Below, in pieces: positions 20,379-30,478 of a stretch of DNA of 64,000 nucleotides. The notes under the pieces were generated by a model. The model had not been told where the DNA came from. It worked only from the letters and a program-made list of their open reading frames with translations, and made no database searches. Numbering within the stretch: position 1 is the stretch's first letter; the number at the start of each line of letters is the position of its first letter. The stretch comes from a virus. Its lineage: Duplodnaviria > Caudoviricetes. The translations under genes and the position numbers were made by a program. The stretch spans positions 147,224 to 211,223 of IMG/VR virus record IMGVR_UViG_3300028805_000041; one strand, written 5' to 3'.

Positions 20379-23300
20379 ATGGACAAACAATATACGATAA
20401 TACTTGGTGAAAACAGGTCTAAGACAAGTACGAACAGTGATACAAACTTGACATTTGATATCGCTGACAATCGACGTGTATTACCCGAAGACACCATTGT
20501 GGGTAAAGTTGATGAATACGAGCAGTACATAAAGGAAAAGGACGCTTGTACTAAATTCAACATGATATTCACAATGAATGTTGTTGCGTCAAATGTCTTA
20601 TTTAACAGGGTGAGCGAGATTGTTTATCACGAGGGTTCTGATGATTGTATATTCTTTGGTCGGAACGGAGCATCAACAAAAAACCTACCAGACAATATCA
20701 ATGTTTATAATACCTATAAGACAAACGACAATGGTGAATATTTAGAGGAGGTCGGAAGGCGTGGAAAAAACATACTTGCATCTATGACATATTTGCCGAT
20801 TAGTCTCAATCAAGGTGCTTCGTATAGCGACACTATATATTTTGCGGCTGACAGTTCCGTAACAATTATTGATGTTTATACCGAGGAAACTAAATCTATA
20901 GAGATTACAGACGTTTTTGGAAAGTATTTCAACTATAAGGTAAAATATCAAGATAATGTTAATTACCCAAAGATTGGGAGTATTTTGATATGTGGTTTGA
21001 AGGGTACGGCATTCCAATATCAGGCTATTACATTTTTTATAAATTTTAGAACAGCCCAAGAAACACGAGGTTATATAACGTTTAAAGACACAAATGGATA
21101 TAAAACGGCAGTATATGTTGTTTCGGATGATGACACCACAGGAGGAACAATAGACGGAAATATAGAATTTAATAGGTTGCACAATGGAATTAATGTAGCG
21201 GGAGAAATATCCGCCAGTTTTAAGGAACTATATGTTAATGAATCAGGAAAAACAAATTCAAGAAGTGCTGCTTGGGCTACCGGAGATACTGTAGATAGTG
21301 ATAGTAGTACATTTACTTATCATATAAGTAAAAACAAGGCAGATGATAATAATACCGGAAAACAAAGAGAAGGCTATTTTGTATTCAAAAACAATAACCA
21401 AGAAGTTGGGCGTTTATATGTGTTTCAGGAAGCGGATAAAGATATAAGAGTATCCAGTGAATTAATGATGCGATATAATCTCCTAAGGGACACCGCATAT
21501 TCCCACAAGGATATTGGCGGGGTTGTATATCATTGCGGATATGATATATTCGGTAATCATATGTTAAGAAAGGGCGTATTCAACGTTATTAATAAATTAG
21601 GTGAAAAAGAAACACCCGATAAAAAGATAAATTTCAACACCCTGTCTGATTACAATCGTGATTATAACGGGAATATAATAAAAGATAATATTGCAACTAT
21701 AATACATGGCAGAAATGGTGCAGCCGGTAGTGGAAATAGAAGTAACTTAAGGGTAAACAGGGAAACGAATAATACACACCAGTACCTTTACGACTCTGTA
21801 TTGTCAATGAACGACACAATACGTGAGAGACTTGTTGAGAAGAACGGGTGGTTTGGTTTCATAAATCCGTCAGGAATGGATATTAAGAATTATGGCGATA
21901 TTTCCATAAACAAGTGTATGAACAACAACAAGGCTTGTGAACAGATAGATATGTATCCTGACAGGTCATTGTTCTATGTGGTTCCAAAGTATAACAAATA
22001 CAGACACAGGGTTGAAAACAATTGGGAATATTGTATAACATTCCCATATAAGAGCCTATACGACCACGAATTGGTAACATCAAATAGGATAATAGTCGGT
22101 GAAAAATATGTGAACGGTTTGAAATGTGAACTGGTAACACGTTCTGCAACCATTCTATTCTCTTTGACAGATGAAAGATATGAAGAGAGTGCGCTTGAAT
22201 ACAAGGACAATGTTGAAATAATGTTTTCATCCGATGTCAGTCATAATCTTTCCGTTGGGGACATAATTATTATGTGGGTGAAGTATAGCGGAGAGACTTA
22301 TGAAATAACCACAGATATTGTAAGTGTCGGTGTTGGTGGAGACTATCCAAATAACTTTTTCACCATTAACAGCAGCGAATTCGCTAACATATTTTCAGAA
22401 ATCACAAATGGGGTTGCTAACCCGAAAAAAGGCGTAATTGACTATGGCGATTATGACGAGGAATATGAATATGGTTTCATTAAATGGAATAACGAAGAAG
22501 ATGAAATACGTATAGCAAAGGTTGTTAGGGGTAAACCGTGTGAGTACTACATAAGATTGTTCAAGAAACTCCCAAATTTCAAAAACACGGATGCATATGC
22601 CGATGGCATTATCAGTGACGATGAGATACAGAAATACTCATCAAATGACTTCAATTCTTCATTGAACAATCTCGCATTTTCAAACAACATATATGGCGAC
22701 CCTATTGGGCAGATTGTTTTCAATGATGATATAGACATCAATGGTTTGAAGGACAATCTTGGGCGGGATGTGAGTGAATTGTATCTCACCATCATAAAAA
22801 CCAACAAGGGTTACAGGGAATGGTACGATGAAAAAGATTACGGCTCGGAAAATGTCGAATTTTCACATTGTTTTGGAAAAATTACCGCAGGATTTGACTT
22901 CTTACCTTATTCGGATGATTACAACATACATAAATTACATAATGTAAACCTTGATAGTTTTTCAGGTGAAAGTTTTAATGAAATAAACAAGGAAACCGTC
23001 GATGGTAAAGAAATTCAATACGATAGTTCTTCAATTGAATCTTATTATAAGGAAATGACAAATTATGTGGATAGTCCGAAAAGTCTTGAGGGACCGTTTG
23101 ATAGTGAAAATGAAGTAACCACATCGGGTGACACTTTTTTTGGCGAGAATAACCTGTTTTTTGGAGACGTTGCCGAGTTTTCATTGTATGATGTAAATGA
23201 GACCATCCTTGAAAATGTCAATTTCAGATTTAACACGGTACAGAGGGAATATACCAAAGACGCTGAGTTCTATGATTTTGTGTATGAGGATATAATAGAG

Positions 23301-24368
23301 GATGACTATAAATTGTTTGATTTGGGAAAGAAGGAAAGCAATTTTTCACCGTTCAAGACGAGTGCAGTCACATATAATGTATTCAGAACAAATAAAAATC
23401 TGATTTATACACGAAAAAATAACGCTGATGTCAAAAAATATCTGTATAATCCAAGGTATCCGTTTAATATTGCCCCTGAGGGATATTATTATTCCCCGCA
23501 TATAAGAATACCCGTAAGGGAATACTCCGAAGATATAAAACAAGGCACACATACAGAAATCAAGTTCGAACCGGCAAACATAATATACAACGATTGTGAC
23601 GGTATAGAAAGATGGGTGACAATGAATTGGAATAGTGCAATAAGTAATGATTGGAGTGGCGGAACCGTATTTAATATAATCACTGCAAAGAACTATTATA
23701 TGAATGTTGGTGATAGAGTATTTCTATATGAAATCGGCTCCGACGGCAAAAAGACAATATGGGGTCGTGTTATCGAAGTGTCCGGTAGAATGTACAACCA
23801 CCTGACAATTAGATTTGATGAAAGTGTTGAATTATACATTGAGGATGGCGACATCAGAAAGTTCAAGTACAAACTGTTCAAGTATAATGTTGCCAAACCA
23901 TCGAATGCAATCGAAATGAATGACGGAACAGGTAATTATCTATGGAGACCGTTCTTAAGCGAATCTGAGATGATGCGTGGAAATGAACTGTATGACAGAC
24001 CATTTACCAACGGTAAAATATATGTACACAAGTTCGTTGACGTATTTCTTAGAAGACAGGACCCATATAATGAATACGGCTTGAATTGTGACGATTGTTC
24101 AACAAAGATAAGCGATTTGACAATATATGGGGAATACAAGGATGTTTCTATGTATGAAAGCGAGGAAGCAACACAAAGTAAGATATGTGCGTCAGTTGTT
24201 GGTGATATGTTCTCAGATGTGGCTTCCCAACTTGAGACAAGGGCGAAGAACAAGGTATCTAACTTCAACATTGACAAGGTTATAAACACCTACAGAGAGA
24301 AGAGAAAGAAAGCTAAGGAAGAAGCAAAGGCGGCGGCTGAATCAAACGCACAACAAGGACAAGGGTAA
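20379..24368 (+). CDS. Large virion structural protein (1329 aa) with BACON-like segments
   Basis: Lies in the structural operon; NNTGKQREGYFVFK...LYVFQEA. Confidence 0.6.
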   Translation: MDKQYTIILGENRSKTSTNSDTNLTFDIADNRRVLPEDTIVGKVDEYEQYIKEKDACTKFNMIFTMNVVASNVLFNRVSEIVYHEGSDDCIFFGRNGASTKNLPDNINVYNTYKTNDNGEYLEEVGRRGKNILASMTYLPISLNQGASYSDTIYFAADSSVTIIDVYTEETKSIEITDVFGKYFNYKVKYQDNVNYPKIGSILICGLKGTAFQYQAITFFINFRTAQETRGYITFKDTNGYKTAVYVVSDDDTTGGTIDGNIEFNRLHNGINVAGEISASFKELYVNESGKTNSRSAAWATGDTVDSDSSTFTYHISKNKADDNNTGKQREGYFVFKNNNQEVGRLYVFQEADKDIRVSSELMMRYNLLRDTAYSHKDIGGVVYHCGYDIFGNHMLRKGVFNVINKLGEKETPDKKINFNTLSDYNRDYNGNIIKDNIATIIHGRNGAAGSGNRSNLRVNRETNNTHQYLYDSVLSMNDTIRERLVEKNGWFGFINPSGMDIKNYGDISINKCMNNNKACEQIDMYPDRSLFYVVPKYNKYRHRVENNWEYCITFPYKSLYDHELVTSNRIIVGEKYVNGLKCELVTRSATILFSLTDERYEESALEYKDNVEIMFSSDVSHNLSVGDIIIMWVKYSGETYEITTDIVSVGVGGDYPNNFFTINSSEFANIFSEITNGVANPKKGVIDYGDYDEEYEYGFIKWNNEEDEIRIAKVVRGKPCEYYIRLFKKLPNFKNTDAYADGIISDDEIQKYSSNDFNSSLNNLAFSNNIYGDPIGQIVFNDDIDINGLKDNLGRDVSELYLTIIKTNKGYREWYDEKDYGSENVEFSHCFGKITAGFDFLPYSDDYNIHKLHNVNLDSFSGESFNEINKETVDGKEIQYDSSSIESYYKEMTNYVDSPKSLEGPFDSENEVTTSGDTFFGENNLFFGDVAEFSLYDVNETILENVNFRFNTVQREYTKDAEFYDFVYEDIIEDDYKLFDLGKKESNFSPFKTSAVTYNVFRTNKNLIYTRKNNADVKKYLYNPRYPFNIAPEGYYYSPHIRIPVREYSEDIKQGTHTEIKFEPANIIYNDCDGIERWVTMNWNSAISNDWSGGTVFNIITAKNYYMNVGDRVFLYEIGSDGKKTIWGRVIEVSGRMYNHLTIRFDESVELYIEDGDIRKFKYKLFKYNVAKPSNAIEMNDGTGNYLWRPFLSESEMMRGNELYDRPFTNGKIYVHKFVDVFLRRQDPYNEYGLNCDDCSTKISDLTIYGEYKDVSMYESEEATQSKICASVVGDMFSDVASQLETRAKNKVSNFNIDKVINTYREKRKKAKEEAKAAAESNAQQGQG

Positions 24369-24380
24369 AAAACAGAAAAG

Positions 24381-26663
24381 ATGATCAGGGCGACGATAAA
24401 CAATAGCGGCATACATAACGAGGAAAGAAAACTCGATATAAAGAGAATGTATTACGGCGATTCAACTGATAGCATCGTAGTTGAGTCACACAGTCATGCA
24501 CTAAAGCCGGATGATGTCATAACATTTAACGAGAATGACGAAGACCAGAGATACTTTACCGAAACAAGAACAGTCCTTTCAGTAATTGATGAGGACCATT
24601 TTACTATTGACTCATTTCCGGACAGGCGAATATATCCCGTCTCCGCATCCACTGCGGAAACAACCTGTAATGTACAGATGAGTGAGGATAATAAGCCGAT
24701 AATAACAACCATAAATTATGTAAAGTTAACTTTCTCGAATATTTTCCCGCATAATTTCACCAAATGCCGAAATGAATATAATGTAGTTGACAATATAGAC
24801 AACTTGTATTATTATGGGAAACTTGATAAATACAAGAGAATGTGTGTCGGCGACTACATACTATGTGACAGGTTTCTGTACAAATCTAATGGGATGGCTG
24901 AGAATCACAAACTCACCATTCCAAGTGATGTAAACGAGATTTTGAACATAAAGGACAAGTATATATACTATGTCGGAGATTACAGTGAAAGGGTATATCT
25001 TGGTGGAGAGGATTTGTTTACCGTATGCAGTGGTGATACCTGTGTTGCCGTTCCATCTTTAAGCGGCGATACGGAAAAGATAACCGAAAACATAAATGGT
25101 GTTCTAATTACTCCGTTAAACTATTATGGACGTGATGACATTTATGAACTCTTTTGGGTTTTTGACAAGGAGAATGATGAACACAACGAAATTGTCAAAT
25201 ATCTTTTGGACAATTTTGCAACTACGGAGTTCTTTTGTAAGGACGAACGTTTTTTTACCGAAAAATATGGGTGGATAGGTGCAAATGACATCTTTGTTGA
25301 CAGGAACAATCTCTATGAGAAAGATATAACAGGGGCCACAATAGAGGAAATAAATGAAAATTACCCCGTAAAATGGTATAACAGGGGAAAACAGTTCAGA
25401 GTTAACGACCCTTGCACAGACATATGTATTTGCGATTGTGTTGAACTTGTATTGAATGAGAAGGAAACTTGTGAGGGCATAGTTCCAACGACAAACGTAA
25501 CAAGAAATTATGGATTTTTTGACCTGATGCTGCCAATTTCAGATGATTTTGGAATTGACACTTACAGGAATGAATTACTTAATGATATGCTTGTCAATCA
25601 AGAGGCGGGGAACTCAATAAATGACATAATAGACTACGAACGCGCACAATTTGTTCCAATGTTTGCGGAATATGATGAAAATAACAATGTCGTCTTCAAA
25701 CCATTGTCGAAAATCATTTTCAAACTGCATTTCAGGGCGCGACCATATGAATATGAAGAGGGTATAGGGAGAGATTATGGCGAATTCGAGACAAGTGACT
25801 CGTATTATTGGAATACGGCAACTATGATACAAGATGGTTCTGACTTTGTTTTCACTGCGGATTCGTTTGATTCGGACTTACTTGGAGATATAGGGTTTAC
25901 AGACGATGATGTGTATTATCAGAAGAAAAAACTGAAGAACACATTTATAAGAATATCCTGTTATGACACAAGGTACAGATCAACACAAAGTCTTTTAGAA
26001 TACAGTACAATCTTTTTGGACTCAGGAAAATACTACAAGAAATATACTACGGCGTTGGCAAATGACGAAAACATTGAAGAGGGTACAATCGTATATACCG
26101 ACAATATAGAAGATTACAGACTTGGTACTGAATTCGAATGTACGAGCAAGTATGACAGGGAGATGTCAAGTGATGGTTTCTATATTTATACGTATCCGAC
26201 AATTGTTAATGGCACAGAGCCGAGAACTGCGTATTTAAAGGTTGAATTCAACCATGCGAAATATGGTAAAACAATACCAATGTCATATCCGACATATAGC
26301 GAGGGGTCAGATGAACATATATCAGGTGATCCGATTTTAAGGGGCAACGGTGGACTTCCAAACGAGTTTCCGATAAACTACAGAAAATACGGTGATGCTA
26401 TAAGTGGAATAACCGGGGATACAAGTCAGATAATTGACATTGATACAAAAAAGGTATTTGAGAATTCCTATATTAAAATACAACTAAAATATGACGATGT
26501 CGCCAACCAATATATTTGGTATGTGGTAAACAATGAGGGCGTGACCCCAAGTAGCATCATAAACGGAACTGAGATGACCATAATTATGTGGGAACCGAGA
26601 TTGAATGGTATTCTTCAGGAGGAGAACAGGATATCAAATAACAACAGCGATGATAACGGCTAA
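24381..26663 (+). CDS. Virion structural protein (760 aa)
   Basis: Operon context; acidic composition; several SGxT motifs. Confidence 0.6.
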   Translation: MIRATINNSGIHNEERKLDIKRMYYGDSTDSIVVESHSHALKPDDVITFNENDEDQRYFTETRTVLSVIDEDHFTIDSFPDRRIYPVSASTAETTCNVQMSEDNKPIITTINYVKLTFSNIFPHNFTKCRNEYNVVDNIDNLYYYGKLDKYKRMCVGDYILCDRFLYKSNGMAENHKLTIPSDVNEILNIKDKYIYYVGDYSERVYLGGEDLFTVCSGDTCVAVPSLSGDTEKITENINGVLITPLNYYGRDDIYELFWVFDKENDEHNEIVKYLLDNFATTEFFCKDERFFTEKYGWIGANDIFVDRNNLYEKDITGATIEEINENYPVKWYNRGKQFRVNDPCTDICICDCVELVLNEKETCEGIVPTTNVTRNYGFFDLMLPISDDFGIDTYRNELLNDMLVNQEAGNSINDIIDYERAQFVPMFAEYDENNNVVFKPLSKIIFKLHFRARPYEYEEGIGRDYGEFETSDSYYWNTATMIQDGSDFVFTADSFDSDLLGDIGFTDDDVYYQKKKLKNTFIRISCYDTRYRSTQSLLEYSTIFLDSGKYYKKYTTALANDENIEEGTIVYTDNIEDYRLGTEFECTSKYDREMSSDGFYIYTYPTIVNGTEPRTAYLKVEFNHAKYGKTIPMSYPTYSEGSDEHISGDPILRGNGGLPNEFPINYRKYGDAISGITGDTSQIIDIDTKKVFENSYIKIQLKYDDVANQYIWYVVNNEGVTPSSIINGTEMTIIMWEPRLNGILQEENRISNNNSDDNG

Positions 26664-26665
26664 AA

Positions 26666-29461
26666 ATGGAAACAATAAGTAAGAAAATATGTCTTGAATC
26701 TTTCAGAAGCAGATTTGACGGAAAATTACCGACATTGGGGACAATAAACTTTGGTAATGTTACCGGTGATACCGAACCGTATTTCGAATATGACGATTAT
26801 ACGGATTACGGTGGTATTCCATATGACATAAAGTTTAAAGAAACGGATTTGGCGGACAGTAAACTTGCGGATTTGATAAACGACCTCCTACCGATAGCAA
26901 AGAATTTTCCGTGTACTCAAAGTGGTAACACGCAAGACAAAACCGATACCGGATATACGGAAACGGATATCTTGAGGTATAAGACCATTATCGAGAATCG
27001 GAATCTCATTTATAGGATTGCAAAAGGTCTCTCTTATGATGCGGCAGAGGGGCAACCTTATAAGGACACAAGATACTACTATCTTTGCAAGAGGGATGGT
27101 GAGGAATACGAATGGCTTGACTTTACCGAAGAAATGTGGAGAGACAGATTTTCATATTTTGGAAATGGTGATGATGTGAGCGGAGAAACCGATTGTTATT
27201 ATTACGACAGCAACCTTCCAACGTCACTGAAGAAGTTCTTCTTCCACAAATGTATGTACTTGGATAAGGAATTGCCGAATGTCTATTTATATTACTATAT
27301 TACAGATACCGGTGATGTTGGTGTTACTTTTGAAAAGGACAGAGTACCAACATATTATTCATATACAAATGAAAATGGTGAAACAGAGTATGTCGATAAC
27401 CTCGAATATGTTCCAACATATTATCAATATATCGATAAAAACGGAAATACAAGATATGCGCGTTTTGCAACGGATATTGAAAGGGGCGTTAACACGTATA
27501 ACATATATCACCCAACAGTAAAAAGGGTGACAGCCGAGATTAAATCTGTTAAACAACTCTTTAAGGAGGGTGATGTGATATGTATAAATCCGAAAATGGA
27601 TGTTTTCATTAAAAAATTCAGGGATAAATTCGAATTAATGGAAACGTGGCTCGGATATGGAAGCAAGGCGGTGGAAAGCGGTTTCACACCAACCGTAGAA
27701 GATTACAGGAATGGTGATATAGTCATTTTTAATGACGATACGGGGGAAACCACCTATTACAGGATAATACCAAGCGCATGTGTTGAAAACCGTTTCGAAA
27801 TAAAATTCATTGAAATGGTCAATTATCTTTTTGAAAACAAATTGACAAGAGAGGAAATAGACAATTTCGTATCGGAACCATATACTGACATACCAATCTA
27901 CATAGAGGAAGAATATCACGATATGGGACTTATGTCCGCATATTATGACGAATGGGTTCCAAACAAGAAATACTATATAGGTGATGCTGTTAGGTATGGA
28001 AACAGATGTTATGTGCTTGTAAATCCGGGTGTTGATGAAACAGGTGGGACACTCTATGATGAATGTGAAGTGTCTGTGGATTTTTATGAGGAAAATAAAG
28101 ACAATGAGAATATTGAAATTGTCGAAAGAGATGGAAAATACTACACTAAATTACCATATTACAAGGGTTATTTTGACAAGTCGAAGATAACAAGGTTTGA
28201 TGAGAAGGATGCAAACGGAAACCTGTTACATTGGAAATTGGCACATACAACAGAAGAGGATTTCGATGAATTTTTTGATGATGAAGACGAGATTGTTCAG
28301 ACAGTAACCTCAGGTAAGTTGAATACACTTCAGAGGTACAAGAAGTCCACAGATGACGAAAAAGGTGAGGAATTACCATTTGTTTTCAAAAACAGCATCA
28401 CATCTTACAGTGGTGATACGGGTGAAACAAGTGAGTTGGTGTGTGCACACACTGAATTGAAATATACCGTTGGCGTACAGAACATAACACAGTATCAGGA
28501 TAGAATATATTGTGATATTTTGAATTCCATCACTATAAGAAAAGACGATGACGAAGACAGTGAGATATACTTTGTCGGAAGAGGCAGTGATTTTCCAATA
28601 GAAAATACGGAAAGGACCATAGAGTGTGCTGTAATTGACACTGAAATGCTATCATCAGGACATTCAGACTACAATACAATTATTTTCAATTATGGACTCC
28701 GTTACCTTGTCAACGATGAGATTGACATTGCGGATACCGGTGCAACCTTGATAAACTATGATTCAGGAATAAGGTATGAAGAGGAATACACATATAGTCT
28801 TAAAGAAATGTGGATTGAATGTGAAAACTATGATACCGAAAGTGATGATGCTGAAGTTAGATATATGTGGGTTGAATATAACCCGTCAAACATTCGCGGT
28901 GTTGTTGATACACAGGAAGAATATGATGACGCGGATGATTTTGAATACATTGACAGAAACATTTACCCAACCATATATGATGATGAAATGCCATTCTATG
29001 AAGGTGACGAAGCAGAAAGAAAAGTGAAAGAACACTACTTATTAAGGTGGATGGGTGAATCATATACCGATGAAGTGAGTGGAACAACCGTATCGTTCAG
29101 ACAGGGTGGCGTATACAGATTTACAAGACTTTGCAAATTCATATATTTCGAATTGGGCAAGCCAAAAATGTACAGTGATGAAATTGAGATGGAAGATGGC
29201 GGAGTACAAGCCTTAGTCAGTTTCAAGAGAAGTCTTATGTCAAATGACATATTCCAAACGCTTGATGTTTATCGGGACGAGGCACTTCTCGGAATACATG
29301 ACATTAACGTCGATGCAAGTGTGTTCATAGACAGGGGTGAGGGTGTTTCCGTGTTAGAACGTCATTCAGTCTTGTCAGAAGTAGCGACGCTCGAAGACCT
29401 TGAGCACTACAGAAATGACTTTTTCGGAATAAGTTCAGCAATAACAACAACGATAGCGTAA
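26666..29461 (+). CDS. Virion structural protein (931 aa) with a CBM5/12-like motif
   Basis: Operon context; EWVPNKKYYIGDAVRYGNRCY. Confidence 0.6.
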   Translation: METISKKICLESFRSRFDGKLPTLGTINFGNVTGDTEPYFEYDDYTDYGGIPYDIKFKETDLADSKLADLINDLLPIAKNFPCTQSGNTQDKTDTGYTETDILRYKTIIENRNLIYRIAKGLSYDAAEGQPYKDTRYYYLCKRDGEEYEWLDFTEEMWRDRFSYFGNGDDVSGETDCYYYDSNLPTSLKKFFFHKCMYLDKELPNVYLYYYITDTGDVGVTFEKDRVPTYYSYTNENGETEYVDNLEYVPTYYQYIDKNGNTRYARFATDIERGVNTYNIYHPTVKRVTAEIKSVKQLFKEGDVICINPKMDVFIKKFRDKFELMETWLGYGSKAVESGFTPTVEDYRNGDIVIFNDDTGETTYYRIIPSACVENRFEIKFIEMVNYLFENKLTREEIDNFVSEPYTDIPIYIEEEYHDMGLMSAYYDEWVPNKKYYIGDAVRYGNRCYVLVNPGVDETGGTLYDECEVSVDFYEENKDNENIEIVERDGKYYTKLPYYKGYFDKSKITRFDEKDANGNLLHWKLAHTTEEDFDEFFDDEDEIVQTVTSGKLNTLQRYKKSTDDEKGEELPFVFKNSITSYSGDTGETSELVCAHTELKYTVGVQNITQYQDRIYCDILNSITIRKDDDEDSEIYFVGRGSDFPIENTERTIECAVIDTEMLSSGHSDYNTIIFNYGLRYLVNDEIDIADTGATLINYDSGIRYEEEYTYSLKEMWIECENYDTESDDAEVRYMWVEYNPSNIRGVVDTQEEYDDADDFEYIDRNIYPTIYDDEMPFYEGDEAERKVKEHYLLRWMGESYTDEVSGTTVSFRQGGVYRFTRLCKFIYFELGKPKMYSDEIEMEDGGVQALVSFKRSLMSNDIFQTLDVYRDEALLGIHDINVDASVFIDRGEGVSVLERHSVLSEVATLEDLEHYRNDFFGISSAITTTIA

Positions 29462-29510
29462 AGGTCTAAAAATGTACCTTTCTTATGTACTTAAAATAAG
29501 CAAAATATTA

Positions 29511-29517
29511 TATTTAT
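29511..29517 (+). promoter_or_regulatory. Putative late promoter (TATTTAT)
   Basis: 29 nt upstream of ATG 29540. Confidence 0.6.
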
Positions 29518-29539
29518 ATATAAATAATTTACACTTTAT

Positions 29540-30469
29540 ATGGCAAATTCGAACGGAACATACGGAACGAGAAGAGCGGCTGATATTTCAACATCTGACG
29601 TAGAGATATTCTACCACTATCGTCCTGACAGAAGCAGGGATTCTGAAGACTTCCCGTCGTTTAAAAAATTGGATAGTTCATACCTGACACAGTTTGAACG
29701 GGAAGGGGAAACAACCGGTGCAGGGGCAAATGTTTTACCAAACTTACCCGGAATGTACAATTTAAGGCTTCCACTTACTGAATTCAGCAATACAGGCATA
29801 TATACAATATACATCAGGCCAAAGGAAATATATGGGAAAATATTTGATGTGAGCAATCTGACACTTTACCCGAACATAAAGGGTATTGTGTTGGATATAA
29901 CACAGTTCGGCGGAAATGACAGGTCAATATTTGAAAATGGTGCGCTTGTAGGATATAGGGTTGAATATTTTGACTCTTCAGGAAACAGAGAAAAATACTA
30001 CAGGATAATAACATCAAATTACAAGTGTGAACCGGTTGCACAGAACCTGATAGATTCATCCCAAACAGGCGTAAGTTACCGTCATAACAACTCGAGCAAT
30101 CTTGTTTTCTGCACCCTCACACCAAGCACGGCATTGTCATTTAAACCGACAGATAAACCGAATATTGGAAGTCCGATGCAGACAGTGGCACTGATTAACA
30201 CAAAATTCAACCCGGTAATGTTGGAGGTTGAAATGGTTAATCACGATATTGAGAGTGTTTCCACAATGCTTGAAGGTAAGCAAATACGTAATTTGGACAA
30301 TGCACTTATAACAACGTTCAACTCAGAAGACGGCATATATCATCAGGCTATGTACGGTAATATAGTAAATCCGAACACAGGAATAAATCACGACTTCAAG
30401 ATACCTATGACTGACATCATTGATTTCAATGAATCTGACAGACTTAGAGAAATAGAGGAAAACATTTAA
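29540..30469 (+). CDS. Putative baseplate/structural protein (309 aa)
   Basis: Late motif upstream; beta-rich; context. Confidence 0.55.
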   Translation: MANSNGTYGTRRAADISTSDVEIFYHYRPDRSRDSEDFPSFKKLDSSYLTQFEREGETTGAGANVLPNLPGMYNLRLPLTEFSNTGIYTIYIRPKEIYGKIFDVSNLTLYPNIKGIVLDITQFGGNDRSIFENGALVGYRVEYFDSSGNREKYYRIITSNYKCEPVAQNLIDSSQTGVSYRHNNSSNLVFCTLTPSTALSFKPTDKPNIGSPMQTVALINTKFNPVMLEVEMVNHDIESVSTMLEGKQIRNLDNALITTFNSEDGIYHQAMYGNIVNPNTGINHDFKIPMTDIIDFNESDRLREIEENI

Positions 30470-30478
30470 AAAAAAGAC

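Noticed and set aside
20316-20379. Programmed frameshift fusing the 2614-aa and 1329-aa ORFs
   Set aside because: The two open frames overlap by only about 10 nt, there is no slippery heptamer, and the downstream ORF has a good A-rich ATG context
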